Source of the DNA: an uncultured Chloroflexia bacterium
Lineage (GTDB): Bacteria > Chloroflexota > Limnocylindria > QHBO01
Assembly (NCBI GenBank): GCA_963767985.1
Contig: CAVYGE010000006.1
Span: forward strand, 774,334 to 838,333
Direction: 5' to 3'
Length of the DNA: 64,000 bases
The position numbers and the translations under genes were made by a program. The notes under the pieces were generated by a model that was not told the origin of the DNA, did not search any database, and saw only the letters and a program-made list of their open reading frames with translations. Shown in pieces: positions 1-10,962 of this stretch; the stretch's first letter is position 1; every line of letters starts with the position of its first letter.

Positions 1-24
1 GCGTTCGGCATGGGTGCCTCGGAC

Positions 25-162
25 CTAGTTCCGGAGGCCGCGCACGAAGCGCAGCAGGAGCCAGATGCCGACGACCGCGAGCAGGAGCTGGCCAGGCGTC
101 AGGGCGAGGGTGATGTCGTGATCGTCGATGGCCTGGGGCAGGCTTTCGGGCTGCGGGCTCAT
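25..162 (-). CDS. Possible small single-pass membrane peptide (45 aa, MSPQPESLPQ...LLLAVVGIWLLLRFV). Its ATG overlaps the coxS-like stop codon in an ATGA arrangement.
   Basis: ATG at 162..160 overlaps the TGA stop of the upstream ORF. One hydrophobic helix. No homology recognised. Stop-free frames are common at this GC content. Confidence 0.2.
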   Translation of the reverse strand: MSPQPESLPQAIDDHDITLALTPGQLLLAVVGIWLLLRFVRGLRN

Positions 163-626
163 GCCGTCGTCCCTCGTTCCGCGGCCAGGGCGATCGCCTC
201 GATGATCTTCGTGTAGCCCGTGCACCGGCAGAGGTTTCCGGCGATCGCCTCGCGGATGTTCTCCTCGCTGGGATCGGCTCCCGAAGCCAGAAACGCGTGG
301 CCGGCCATGAGCATGCCGGGCGTGCAGATGCCGCACTGTGCGCCGCCGGTCTCGAGGAACGCGCTCTGGAGCACGTCCAGGCGATCGTCCTGCGCCAGGC
401 TTTCGACGGTGCGGATCGCGGTTCCGGCGGCCTGGCTCACCGGGACGAGACAGGCGTCGACCACGGCCCCGTCCAGCAGCACGCTGCATGCTCCGCACTC
501 GCCCTCGCCGCACCCCTCCTTCGTGCCGGTGAGGCCGAGGTCCTCGCGCAGGACGTCGAGCAGGCGCCGGCTGCCGGTGGCGCGTACATCGACCGGTTCG
601 TCGTTGACGGTGAAGCGGAAGCTCAT
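159..626 (-). CDS. [2Fe-2S]-binding small subunit of a xanthine dehydrogenase / CO dehydrogenase family molybdo-hydroxylase (CoxS-like)
   Basis: Translation MSFRFTVNDEPVDV...CGEGECGACSV...GAQCGICTPGMLM...NLCRCTGY carries the two canonical Cys clusters of CoxS/XdhC-type ferredoxin subunits. Start taken at the MSFRF ATG (626). Confidence 0.85.
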   Translation of the reverse strand: MSFRFTVNDEPVDVRATGSRRLLDVLREDLGLTGTKEGCGEGECGACSVLLDGAVVDACLVPVSQAAGTAIRTVESLAQDDRLDVLQSAFLETGGAQCGICTPGMLMAGHAFLASGADPSEENIREAIAGNLCRCTGYTKIIEAIALAAERGTTA

Positions 627-810
627 CCTTGGGGTCCCCCGGGCTGCGCATGCGTGGTGCGCGTGCATGGGCGCCAACCTGGCCGCTTCATGCGTGGGGC
701 GCATGCGACGGCTGGATTTCGACTGATTGAGGTCCGGACCATGCGCGCCGCGCATGTATCGGCCTTATCAAGGCCGATACACCCACCACGGGCATGACCA
801 CGGGCGGCGG

Positions 811-3203
811 TCATCGCGGCGTATCCGGGTCGGTCGGGGCTCGGAACGGCATCTCGTCGCCGCCCGGCGGCAGATCCTCGATCTCGGGGTCGTCGGGTCG
901 GGCCACCTCAACCGAGACGCCCGGCGCCGGCAGCTCGGAACCGCCCGTGAGTGCCGCGAGGATGCGCTCCGGAGTCGCGGGCAAGTCGTGGATCCAGACG
1001 CCGGTGGCATCGTGGATCGCGGCCACGACCGCGGGTGCTCCGACGTCCATCGGCAGCTCGCCCACGCCCTTCGCGCCGTGGGGCGCGCCGGAGAACGGCT
1101 TCTCGATGAGGATGGATTCGATGCGAGGCGCATCCATGGCCGTGGGAATGATGTAGGTCGCCAACCGGTCATTGAGGTAGCGCCCGTCGACGAGCTTCAT
1201 CTCCTCGACCGTGGCATAGCCGATCGCCTGGAGTGTTCCGCCCTCGACCTGCCCCTCGGCCAGAACCGGGTGGATGACACGCCCGATGTCGTCGGCGGCG
1301 ACGCAGTCACGAACCGCCACTTCGCCGGTGTCGAGGTCGACGTCGACCCGGACGACGCATGACGCCCAGCCGAACGCGGGGTACGCGTCCCCGGTGTACG
1401 CCTTGTCGTCGAACGGCTCGCCGGGATAGGGCGTGAACTTCTCGTCGCAGCGCAGCGGACCGGCCTCTCGATACGACTCGGCAAAGGGCCGACCGGTTGC
1501 CTGCTCGACCTGCGTCCGCAGGCGCTCCGCGGCCTTGATGATCAGACCACCGACCACCATCGCCGTGCGCGAGGCGACGGTCGGTCCGGAGTCGGGCACG
1601 ATCGAGGTGTCCTGGGGAGCTATCTCGACTTCGTCATCGTCGACGCCCAGGGCGCTGGCGACCAGCTGCGGAAAGATCGTCTTCGTGCCCTGGCCCATCT
1701 CGGTCGAGGCGGTGAGGATCCGGATCGTCCCCTCGTCGGTGAGCTCGACCGAAGCCACCGATCCCATGCGCGCCTCGCCGGACCCGGTGAACCCGGCACC
1801 GTGCCACGCGAGCGCCAGCCCGATGCCGGATGCCAGCCTGGCGCCCTCGGTACGGCTCTCGCGCATGGCTCGCGTCTGCGCATGCGACCGGTCGAAGGCC
1901 GATGCATCGGCGGCTGCCTCGAGGACCTCGATCCCGGCGACGCTCTCGCGCAGCACCTGCCCGGTCGGCGTGACGTCGCCCTCGCGATACACCCATCGGC
2001 GTCGGAGGTCGAGGGGAGACGCATCGAGCGCATGCGCGATGCGGTTCACCTGCATCTCGGCGGCGAACTCGGTCTGCGGCGCGCCGAAGCCGCGGAATGC
2101 ACCGTTCGGGGGCGTATTGGTGGCCATGGCGCGGCCGGTGATGCGGACATTGTCGCAGCGGTACGGGCCCACCTGCGTGAAGCACCCCGCGTGACAGCAC
2201 GACCGGCGTGAGCGTGCAGTACGCGCCGCCGTCCATGATGACCTCGATCTCCTGCGCCACGAGATCGCCCGCCTCGGAGACGCCGGACCGGTAGCGGATG
2301 ACAGCGGGATGCCGCTTCGTCGTCGCGCTGATGTCTTCGTGGCGGTCGTAGATCATGCGAACCGGCTTACCGCACTTGAGCGCCAGGAGTGAGGCGTGGA
2401 GCGCCAGCACCGACGGGTACTCCTCCTTGCCCCCGAACCCGCCGCCGGTCTCCGCCTGCACCACGACCGCGAGCTTGTCGCCCATGTCGAGCGCGCGCTT
2501 CATCGCCTTGTGGATGTAGTACGGGCACTGGAGCGAGCCGTGGACGGTGATCCCGCCGTCCTCTCGCGGGACGGCGATCATCGCCTGGTTCTCGATGTAC
2601 AGCTGCTCCTGGTGGCCGACCCGATACGTGCCCTCGATCACGAGGTCGGCGTTCGCCATGGCGGTGGCCGCGTCGCCTCGCTCGACCGTGTAGTGCGCGA
2701 ACTCGCGGTCCGACTTCGAGCGGATCGAAGACCGCGGGCAGACGCTCGGTCCGCAGCCTGATGTGGTGCCGCGCCGCGCGCACGGTTGCCAGATCCGGTG
2801 CGGCGACGAGCGCGCAGGGCTCCGCCTGGTGCTGGATCTCGCCACCGACCGGCACGAGGACCGGCTGGTCGTCGCTGATCAGGCTCACGATGTTCTCGCC
2901 GGGAATGTCGTCCGCCGTCACGACCACGACGCGTTTCCAGTCGAACGCGTCGTCGAGCTCGATGCCCACGAAACGGGCATGCGGTTCGGTCGATCGGATC
3001 GTGATGCCGTACCAGGCGCCAGGAAAGACGAGGTCGTCGGCGTACTTCGCGGCACCCGTGAGCTTGTCCGGGCCCTCGCGTCGGAGCGGGCCGGCGGGCC
3101 GTGCGCGACCCGGGACGCTCACACCGGTCGGGATCACGAGTGGTGTGGTTTCGGTGGTCGTTCCCGGCGTCGAAGTGCGAATGGTGAGGCTCGGGCGCTC
3201 CAT
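811..3203 (-). CDS. Molybdopterin-binding large subunit of a xanthine dehydrogenase family enzyme (CoxL/XdhB-like). Split over three reading frames, with frameshifts near 2170 and 2710.
   Basis: Three overlapping minus-strand ORFs (2367..3203, 1634..2845, 811..2172) together give a continuous ~800-aa aldehyde oxidase/xanthine dehydrogenase Mo-subunit. Recognisable segments: the N-terminal a/b hammerhead, GGGFGGK, and C-terminal GVGE..P. Confidence 0.75.
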
Positions 3204-3295
3204 CGAGCCATGCTAGCGCGTCGGGACGGCGCTGTTGACGGACGGACTACTCTATGCCGTCACTTTCTCGGACTGCGAACAAGCGGAGGGATAGG

Positions 3296-3781
3296 GTGGA
3301 CTGGCTCGGAACGCTGTTTCTGTATCTCCACATCGGCGGCGCCATCGTGGCGTTCGGGCCGACGATCGCCTTTCCGTTCCTCGCCGCACGGGCAGCGAAG
3401 GAGCCGCAGCACGGCAACTTCGTCCTTCGCGCGACCGAGGGGATCACCGAGAAGGTGGTCGAGCCCGTGGGCGCCTTCATGTTCCTGATGGGCGTCGGGC
3501 TCATCATCACGCGCGGCTACAACCCGCTCGAGCAGCTCTGGGTCGGCCTCTCGATCGTCCTGTTCCTCATTACATTCGCCTTCGCGAACCTGGTGCAGCT
3601 GCCGACCGTCCGCAAGATGGTCGCGGTGACCAGCCAGCCGCCTCCTGCGGGTCCAGAAGGAGCCGCCGTCGGCCCGCCGCCGGAGTTCCTCGCCCTGGGA
3701 GCCCGCGCGGAGCGCGGGGGCCAGTTCATGACCCTCATGCTGTTCGTGATCCTGGCGCTCATGGTGGTCAAGCCCTTCTGA
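3296..3781 (+). CDS. DUF2269-family integral membrane protein
   Basis: Multi-TM hydrophobic protein (LGTLFLYLHIGGAIVAFGPTIAFPFL...). GTG at 3296 is preceded by GGAGGG. An alternative ATG lies at 3254. Confidence 0.55.
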   Translation: MDWLGTLFLYLHIGGAIVAFGPTIAFPFLAARAAKEPQHGNFVLRATEGITEKVVEPVGAFMFLMGVGLIITRGYNPLEQLWVGLSIVLFLITFAFANLVQLPTVRKMVAVTSQPPPAGPEGAAVGPPPEFLALGARAERGGQFMTLMLFVILALMVVKPF

Positions 3782-3785
3782 CGGC

Positions 3786-5381
3786 TCAGCCGCGACGGAC
3801 GACCCTGCCGGGGCGCGCACCTGTGTGGGCACCGTCCTCCACCACGATCTCGCCACCGACGACGACCCAGTCGATGCCGTCGGGGTAGCGTCGCGGCTCG
3901 TCGTAGGTCGCGTTCGAGCGGACGCGGTCCGGGTCGAGCACCACGAGGTCGGCCACGAAGCCGTCGCGGATCGACCCGCGCCCCTGCAGGCCGATGCGGG
4001 CGGCGGGCGCCGATGTCATCGAGCGCACGGCCTCCTCAAGGGATAGGAGCGCCTCCTCCCGGACGAATTGGCCAAGCACGCGCGGAAACGATCCGTAGGT
4101 CCGCGGCGACGGCTTCGCGCCGACGAACGTCGAGTCGGTGCCGATCATGCCGACCGGATGCCGGATGAAGTCGCGCAGGGTCTCGGTCCACGGGCCCGGG
4201 GTGACCTGGTTCACCCTCAGGTCCTCGGCGAGCAGCAGGTCGCACAGGACGTCCACCGGGTCGTCACCGCGATCAGCGATGACGTCACCAAGCGTGCTTC
4301 CCTCCCAGGGCAGCAGCTCCGGCAGCGTGAACGCGCCGATGCGGACGTCGTCCCACGCTCGTCGCCCAGCGAACAGGACACCGCGCTCCGCCATCTCCCG
4401 CCGGATGCGATCGCGCACGCCGGCATCGGCCAGGCGCTCCTTCGTACGGGCGGGTCCGCCCGCCTGCACCCACGGCGGAATCATGATCAGCAGGCGGGTC
4501 GATGCCCACTCGTACGGGTACGTGTCGAAGGTGACGTCAAGGCCCTCGCTGCGTGCGTCGTCGACGAGCGCCAGCATCGGTCCCGGCCCGTCGGGAAAGG
4601 TCTGTCGGTGGTAGAAGTGCGTGATGTGGGTTGGCCCCTCCCCCTGCCGACCGATCTCGATCGCCTCGCGGAACGGGTCGAGGTACCGGTCGCCCAGGTC
4701 ATAGCGAACGTGGGTGTGGTAGAAGCCGCCACCCTTCGCCGCCTCGGACGTGAGTCCCGCGAGCTCCGCGGTCGAGGCGTATGCACCCGGCGGGTAGTCG
4801 AGCCCTGACGAGATGCCGATGGCACCCTGCTCCATCGCCTCGCGCAGCATGGCGCGCATGTTCGCGAGGTCGGCATCCGACGCGGCCACCTCGTCCCATC
4901 CCATGGCGCCGATGCGCAGCGCGCTGTTGCCGACCATGAATGCCAGGTTCAGCGACGGGCGGAGGCGGTCGAGCCGCTCGAGATAGGACTCGACGCTCGA
5001 CCAGTCGTAGGCGATGTCAGGGCGGCCGTCGAGCCCGGCATTGATGTGGGCCAGCGCCTCGAGGTCGGCGAGGTCGGGGATCGGCGCGTACGAGAGCCCG
5101 TCGACGCCGATGACCTCGGTCGTCACACCCTGCCGCAGCTTCGGCTCGTGGAGCGGGTCGGCGAAGATCATCAGGCCGGAGTGGCTGTGGAGGTCGATGA
5201 AGCCTGGGGCGACGACGCTTCCGCTCGCGTCGATGCGGCGTTCGGCCGGGATCTCGGCGGTCTCGCCGTAGACGACCTCGATCCGTCCGTCGCGAACGCC
5301 AACCGCCGCAGCAAACCCGCGCTCGCCGCTGCCGTCCACCACGGTTCCGCCCTCGATCAGCAGCGCGTACGGTTCAGGCAT
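3786..5381 (-). CDS. N-acyl-D-amino-acid deacylase (D-aminoacylase), amidohydrolase superfamily
   Basis: 531-aa intact ORF with the pattern GFIDLHSHSG...metal-dependent amidohydrolase. It resembles D-aminoacylases over its full length. Confidence 0.8.
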   Translation of the reverse strand: MPEPYALLIEGGTVVDGSGERGFAAAVGVRDGRIEVVYGETAEIPAERRIDASGSVVAPGFIDLHSHSGLMIFADPLHEPKLRQGVTTEVIGVDGLSYAPIPDLADLEALAHINAGLDGRPDIAYDWSSVESYLERLDRLRPSLNLAFMVGNSALRIGAMGWDEVAASDADLANMRAMLREAMEQGAIGISSGLDYPPGAYASTAELAGLTSEAAKGGGFYHTHVRYDLGDRYLDPFREAIEIGRQGEGPTHITHFYHRQTFPDGPGPMLALVDDARSEGLDVTFDTYPYEWASTRLLIMIPPWVQAGGPARTKERLADAGVRDRIRREMAERGVLFAGRRAWDDVRIGAFTLPELLPWEGSTLGDVIADRGDDPVDVLCDLLLAEDLRVNQVTPGPWTETLRDFIRHPVGMIGTDSTFVGAKPSPRTYGSFPRVLGQFVREEALLSLEEAVRSMTSAPAARIGLQGRGSIRDGFVADLVVLDPDRVRSNATYDEPRRYPDGIDWVVVGGEIVVEDGAHTGARPGRVVRRG

Positions 5382-5431
5382 GCCGCGATGATCGCAGAGT
5401 CCCCGGCGGCGGTGACGTGCAGAATTGGACC

Positions 5432-6473
5432 ATGAGCACGGCTGCCGTCATCCTCGCCGCGGGCGCCGCCCGTCGCTTCGGGTCTCCGAAGCAGCGCGCA
5501 TCTATCGGCGATCGGACGATGCTCGAGGTCGTCTGCGCGGCCGCCACGCGCGCCGGGCTCGATCCCGTCCTGACGGTCACTTCACGCGCGGAAACGCTGC
5601 CCCCGGGTGTCACCCGCGTCGTGAACGATCGGCCAGAGGACGGCCTGAGCGCGTCGCTGCGAGCCGGGATCGGGGCCGTGCCCCCCGATGCCGAAGCGGC
5701 GGTCATCCTCCTGGGCGATCAGCCCACGGTGGCCTCGGCCACAATTCGCGCGCTGCTTCGGACCGATCGCGAGGGCAGGCCGGTCGTCGCGTCCATGGTC
5801 GGCGACGCGATCGGGCCGCCGCTGCTCATCGAGCGACGTGCCTTCGGCCTGGTGGACGGAACCGCCGGCGATGCCGGGCTGCGCGACGTCCTTGTCGAGC
5901 GATCCGAGCTCGTGACGCCGTTCCTCCACGACGACGAGCCCGTCGACATCGACACCCCGGAGGATCTGGCTCGCTCGATCGAGGTCTGCCCGGGATGCGG
6001 CGACGTTCGTCGGGCGCATCCGGATCTCGAGACGCACGCCGTATATCGGCGCATCGCCGACCTGTTGGGCGGCGTACGGGGTCGTCCTGGCCCGCGAGTT
6101 CGGCGACGTGGGGTACGGCGTCGTCCATCGTCACACGGTGGACGCCTACGCGGCGCAGCACCCAGGCGTCGACGGTCCCAGGCAGCGCCAGTCGGTGGCG
6201 GTCCACCTCATCGGCCTGTGCGGCTGGCTCGAACACCGCATGAGCCCCGACGCCCTCCTCCCGATCACGCGGCGGCTCACCGACGGATCGCGGCAGTGGC
6301 CATGGCTCGACCCGCCGGGCGGGTACGACGTCACCGTGCTCGACGTCCTGGGGGCCCGCGACGGAGACGAGCATGGGCAGCTGGTCCGGTCGTGGGCCGA
6401 GGCCGTCTGGCACGCGTGGCGAGCACACCACGACCTCGTGCGGGGCTGGACGGCTGCGGCGATTCGCTCGTGA
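5432..6473 (+). CDS. MocA/MobA-like nucleotidyltransferase (molybdenum cofactor cytidylyltransferase) fused in frame to a C-terminal CPGCG zinc-ribbon/DUF5946-like domain. One frameshift near 6065.
   Basis: N-terminal AVILAAGAARRFGSPK...LLGDQP motif of MobA-like NTP transferases. Then CPGCG..HAVYRRIADLL continues in another frame as YGVVHRHTVDAYAAQHPG...VAVHLIGLCGWLEH. Confidence 0.65.
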
Positions 6474-6540
6474 CCGCGCGCGCTGCAGCCAGCGACACGG
6501 CCGCTAGAATCGGTCACATGTTCGATTCGAGCGCGCGCCG

Positions 6541-7581
6541 ATGACGATCGAGCGGATCACGGGCACGGAGATCGCCGACGAGGAGCTGGCGCTCGAGTCC
6601 ACTGTGAGGCCTCGCCGCCTGGACGAATTCGCCGGCCAGGATCGGGTCAAGGAAAACCTGGCAATCCTGATCGACGCGGCGCAGCATCGGTCTGAGCCGG
6701 TGGACCACGTCCTCCTCTATGGCCCACCAGGTCTCGGCAAGACGACGCTCGCGAACATCGTCGCGGCCGAGATGGGCGCCCAGATCCGGACGACCTCCGG
6801 CCCGGCCATCGAACGGGCGGGGGACCTGGCAGCGGTCCTCACCAGCCTGGGCAAGGGCGATGTGCTGTTCATCGACGAGATCCATCGGCTCAGTCATGCC
6901 GTCGAGGAGATCCTCTATCCGGCCATGGAGGATTTTGCACTCGATGTCGTCCTCGGCAAGGGTCCTGGCGCCCGCTCAGTTCGGCTTCAGATCGAGCACC
7001 TGACGGTGATCGGCGCCACCACGCGCGTCGGAAGCATCACCGGGCCGCTGCGTGATCGATTCGGCGTGACCTACCGGCTCGATTACTACACCAAGACCGA
7101 GCTCGAGCGCATCCTGCGCCGATCCGCCGAGATCTTGGGCGTCGACATGAGCGACGAGGCCGCGAGTCTCGTGGCGCGACGATCGCGAGGGACACCCCGG
7201 ATCGCGAATCGGCTCCTCAAGCGCGTGCGTGACTACGCCCAGGTGCGGGGTGGGGGAGATGGCAGCGTGACCGAGGCGCTCGCCGCGGACGCGCTCGGCC
7301 TGCTCGAGATCGACGATCGTGGGCTGGACGCCATGGACCGTCAGCTCATGCGCGCCATGGCCGAGCATCACGCCGGCGGCCCGGTGGGCCTGGCGACCAT
7401 GGCGGCGACGGTGTCCGAGCCGATCGAGACGATCGAGGACGTCGTCGAGCCGTACCTCATGCAGATCGGCCTCCTCGCGCGTACTCCGCGCGGCCGGCAG
7501 CTGACGCCGTCGGGATGGGAGCACCTCGGGCTGACTGCACCAGCGGGCGCCGCGCCGCAGCCCGGCCTCTTCGACGCCTGA
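6541..7581 (+). CDS. ruvB: Holliday junction branch migration DNA helicase RuvB
   Basis: Intact 346-aa ORF with Walker [12 protein letters not shown] and full-length RuvB similarity. Confidence 0.95.
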   Translation: MTIERITGTEIADEELALESTVRPRRLDEFAGQDRVKENLAILIDAAQHRSEPVDHVLLYGPPGLGKTTLANIVAAEMGAQIRTTSGPAIERAGDLAAVLTSLGKGDVLFIDEIHRLSHAVEEILYPAMEDFALDVVLGKGPGARSVRLQIEHLTVIGATTRVGSITGPLRDRFGVTYRLDYYTKTELERILRRSAEILGVDMSDEAASLVARRSRGTPRIANRLLKRVRDYAQVRGGGDGSVTEALAADALGLLEIDDRGLDAMDRQLMRAMAEHHAGGPVGLATMAATVSEPIETIEDVVEPYLMQIGLLARTPRGRQLTPSGWEHLGLTAPAGAAPQPGLFDA

Positions 7582-7718
7582 CAGCCGGGACGCTGCGGCG
7601 CCCACTCCTGTGCAGAAAGTGACGCGGGGCTGGTCCGCCGCGGAGTAGGCTGCCGTCGGCGCCGGTGCCCAACATGGTGTCGGGGACCCGGGTGTCCACG
7701 AGCGGAGGGTGAAACCGA

Positions 7719-9095
7719 GTGACGGCAACCGAGGTACCTGCGAGCGAGAGGCCCACACCGAGTGGCGGCGGTCTCGACTCATTCTTCAAGCTCAGCGAGC
7801 GGGGGACCACGATAGGCACGGAGATCCGTGCCGGCCTGACCACGTTCATGGTCATGGCCTACATCATCTTCGTGAACCCGAGCATCCTGGGCGAGGCGGG
7901 CCTCGACCCGGCAGCCGTCGCAGCCGGGACGGCGCTCATCGCCGGCGTGCTCAGCATCCTGATGGGGCTTGTCGCCAACTTCCCGATCGCCCTGGCGGCC
8001 GGCCTGGGCCTCAACGCGGCCGTCGCGTTCGGCCTGGTCCTCGGCGCTGGGCTCACACCGGCCGCAGCCATGGGCGTGATCCTGATCGAGGGCATCGTCG
8101 TTCTCGTTCTCGTCCTCGTTGGCCTGCGCGAGGCGATCATGAACGCGGTGCCGGTCAGCCTGAAGCGGGCGATCGGGGTCGGCATCGGCCTGTTCATCCT
8201 CTTCATCGGCTTTGTCACCGGCGGCCTGATCGCCCCCGGTGAGGGCACCATCGTCGGGTGGGTGTTCCCAACGACGGCCGGAGCCGGCGTGACGCTTGCC
8301 GGCCTCCTGATCACGATCGTGCTGGTGGTGCGAAAGGTGCCCGGTGCGCTGATCCTCAGCATCATCGCGACGACGGTCATCGCGCTCGTCACCGGGGTGG
8401 CAAGCTTCCCCGAGACCTTCACCGTGACGCCGAGCTTCAGCACGCTCGGCATCGGCTTCCAGGATCTCGGCGGGGTGTTCACGCAGCTCGGCATCCTGGC
8501 GGCGATCCTCACGATCTTCGCGTTCATGCTGACCGACTTCTTCGACACGATGGGGACGGCGACCGGCATCGCCGAGCAGGCCGGGCTGGCCGACCGCGAC
8601 GGCCGGATACCTGGCATCGGGCGGCTTCTGTTCGTGGACTCGCTCGGCGCGGCCGTGGGTGGCGCCGGCGGCGTCAGCTCGAACACGAGCTACATCGAGA
8701 GCGCCGCCGGTGTGGCTGAGGGTGGACGGACGGGGCTGACGGCGGTCACCACCGGCGTGCTCTTCCTCGTCGCCATCCTGATCGCTCCACTCGCTGGGAT
8801 CGTCCCGGCGAATGCGACGGCCCCGGTGCTCATCGTGGTGGGATTCCTCATGGCGGGTCTCATCACCGGCATCGACTTCACCGATGTCGAGGAGGGCATG
8901 CCGGCCCTGCTCGGCCTCATCCTCATGCCGCTGACCTACAGCATTACCGTCGGCATCGGCGCTGCCTTCGTCAGCTACGTCGTCATCAAGGCGGCCGCCG
9001 GCAAGGCGGGCCAGGTCCACTGGCTGCTGTGGCTGGTGGCGATCGCCTTCGTGGTCTACTTCGCACAGGGCCTGCTGCCCGGCGTCGACATCTAG
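7719..9095 (+). CDS. NCS2-family purine permease (AzgA/PbuG-like adenine/guanine/hypoxanthine transporter)
   Basis: 458-aa polytopic membrane protein with the AzgA-type N-terminus (SFFKLSERGTT...EIRAGLTTFMVMAYIIFVNPSIL). Confidence 0.85.
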   Translation: MTATEVPASERPTPSGGGLDSFFKLSERGTTIGTEIRAGLTTFMVMAYIIFVNPSILGEAGLDPAAVAAGTALIAGVLSILMGLVANFPIALAAGLGLNAAVAFGLVLGAGLTPAAAMGVILIEGIVVLVLVLVGLREAIMNAVPVSLKRAIGVGIGLFILFIGFVTGGLIAPGEGTIVGWVFPTTAGAGVTLAGLLITIVLVVRKVPGALILSIIATTVIALVTGVASFPETFTVTPSFSTLGIGFQDLGGVFTQLGILAAILTIFAFMLTDFFDTMGTATGIAEQAGLADRDGRIPGIGRLLFVDSLGAAVGGAGGVSSNTSYIESAAGVAEGGRTGLTAVTTGVLFLVAILIAPLAGIVPANATAPVLIVVGFLMAGLITGIDFTDVEEGMPALLGLILMPLTYSITVGIGAAFVSYVVIKAAAGKAGQVHWLLWLVAIAFVVYFAQGLLPGVDI

Positions 9096-9117
9096 TCCGA
9101 TCCGCAATGTTCGGCGC

Positions 9118-9144
9118 GCCCGGTCGCATCATGCGGCCGGGCGC
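9118..9144 (+). terminator. 27-nt near-perfect palindrome (CGCCCGGTCGCATCATGCGGCCGGGCG) between the permease and queA. Possible terminator/attenuator hairpin.
   Basis: A 7-bp outer stem plus an inner CGCAT/ATGCG stem, with one mismatch. It lies 23 nt after the permease stop and is followed by CGCTTTCGG. No strong U-tract. Confidence 0.35.
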
Positions 9145-9156
9145 TACGCTTTCGGC

Positions 9157-10212
9157 GTGAGCTCACCACGCCTGCGGGTCGACGACTTCGCCTACGAGCT
9201 GCCCGCCGACGCCATCGCCCAGCAGCCGGCCGAGCCGCGCGACGCATCGCGTCTTCTCGTCCTCGGGCGCGTCAAGCGGAGCGATCACACACGCCCGATT
9301 CGCCGAGATCGGTCAGTGGCTCAGGGCCGGCGATCTCCTCGTCGTGAATGACTCGCGGGTCATTCCGGCGCGGTTGCGCGGGAACTCGAGCGAGCGGAGG
9401 TGCCGCGGAGATCCTGGTTCTGCGGCCCGCGCATGACACGGACGAGTGGGAGGCGCTCGTGCGCCCGTCGCGACGGATCCGCGCGGGCGAGGCGATCACC
9501 CTGCGCAGTGGGGCCCGCGATCAGGATCGGCGACCGCACCGGCGACGGCACGCGACGCATCGGCTTCGATGGCGATCCGCACGACGTGATGGACCGCGAC
9601 GGCGAGCTGCCCCTGCCGCCCTACATCCGCGACCGCCCGCCCGATGACGAGCGCTACCAGACGGTCTACGCGCGGCCGCCGGGGTCCGCGGCGGCGCCGA
9701 CCGCCGGACTGCACTTCACCGATCGGCTGCTCGACGAGCTCGCGGACGGCGGCGTGCAGCGGGCGTCCGTGACCCTGCACGTCGGGCTCGACACCTTCCG
9801 GCCGCTGGAGGGGGAGTTCGTCGACGAGCACGAGATCCATCGCGAGTGGTACGAGGTCCCGAGCGAGACGGCCGCCGCGATTCGCGACACGCGCGCCGCC
9901 GGGGGCCGTGTCGTGGCCGTGGGTACGACCGCCGTCCGTGTCCTCGAGACGTCGGCGCGGTCGCAATCACGCTCCGGGTGGACCGACCTGTTCATCAGTC
10001 CGCCCCACTCCTTCGGCGCGGTGGATGCGCTGATCACGAACTTCCACCTGCCGCGCAGCTCGCTGCTGCTCCTGGTCACCGCCTTCGTGCAGGATGGAAT
10101 GGGCGATGCAGGCCCCCACGAAGCGCGGGATGTGCTGCTCGGGTCGTACCGCGCGGCGCTGGCGGAGGGCTACCGGTTCTTCAGCTTCGGGGATGCGACG
10201 CTGGTCGTCTAG
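9157..10212 (+). CDS. queA: S-adenosylmethionine:tRNA ribosyltransferase-isomerase QueA, disrupted by at least 3 frameshifts in this assembly
   Basis: N-terminal RLRVDDFAYELPADAIAQQPAEPRDASRLLVL, middle GDLLVVNDSRVIPARL and C-terminal ...GELPLPPYI...VGTTAVRVLE...ITNFHLPRSSLL lie in three different frames. Confidence 0.75.
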
Positions 10213-10916
10213 CCCTGGTCGTCCGAGCGGGTCGGGACAGCCTCGCGCGACTCGGCATCCAGCTCGACGATCTCCTCGCCGTCGTCGTCGGAGGGTCGGG
10301 CAGTCTCCGTGACCTCTGCGGATGGGGGCGCCTCGGGCGGTGAACCGTTGTGGCTTGCATCCGTCGGCGGATCCTGCAGCCCCGCCGGTTCCGGCTCGTC
10401 ATCGGCGTCGGTCTCCTCGCCGGGAGACGGCGGCAGCGGCCGCGGGCCGCCGGGGATCACGCCGGGAACCTCGCTGGAGACGCGACCGGCCGGCACCCCG
10501 AACGGCTCGGCCATCACGGCGCATACGCGGGCCAGGTCGCACAGCGCCTGGCCGAGGTCCGGGGATTCGGTGGCCGCCTCGAAATGTGGGTGGTGGAGAC
10601 GGAACGACCATCGCGTCCGATGCTCACGTGCCCAGAGGCGGAAGGTATCTGCGCGAAGCTCGACGCCGCGCAGCACCTGCCACGGGTACATGAGCATGGC
10701 CAGCCGATACCGGGCAGACGAGCCGAACGGGGCGTAACGGTGGTCGAGGAGGCCGACCTCGGTCGCCACCATGACCCGTCGTTCGTCGCCCTCGGTGCCG
10801 GCCTCGAGGGCGTAGACCGCCAGGTCCTCGACCCCAAGGGTCTGGAGCTCGATCGCGATCCATTCCTTCACTTCGTCGTTCAGGAACGGCATTCGCGGCC
10901 ACTCGGTCAATCGCAC
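10209..10916 (-). CDS. Hypothetical protein with an acidic, Pro/Asp/Glu-rich C-terminal tail
   Basis: 235-aa ORF divergent from tgt. No family recognised. The N-terminal 150 aa look globular (WIAIELQTLGVEDLAVYALEAG...), which is not the Arg-rich junk typical of a wrong frame. Confidence 0.45.
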   Translation of the reverse strand: MRLTEWPRMPFLNDEVKEWIAIELQTLGVEDLAVYALEAGTEGDERRVMVATEVGLLDHRYAPFGSSARYRLAMLMYPWQVLRGVELRADTFRLWAREHRTRWSFRLHHPHFEAATESPDLGQALCDLARVCAVMAEPFGVPAGRVSSEVPGVIPGGPRPLPPSPGEETDADDEPEPAGLQDPPTDASHNGSPPEAPPSAEVTETARPSDDDGEEIVELDAESREAVPTRSDDQG

Positions 10917-10962
10917 GCCAGGGTCACCTCTCCGATGTGCACGTAGCCTATCCTCTCCGGCG

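Noticed and set aside
7779-9107. 442-aa minus-strand ORF
   Set aside because: Antisense to the NCS2 permease gene. Charged low-complexity translation.
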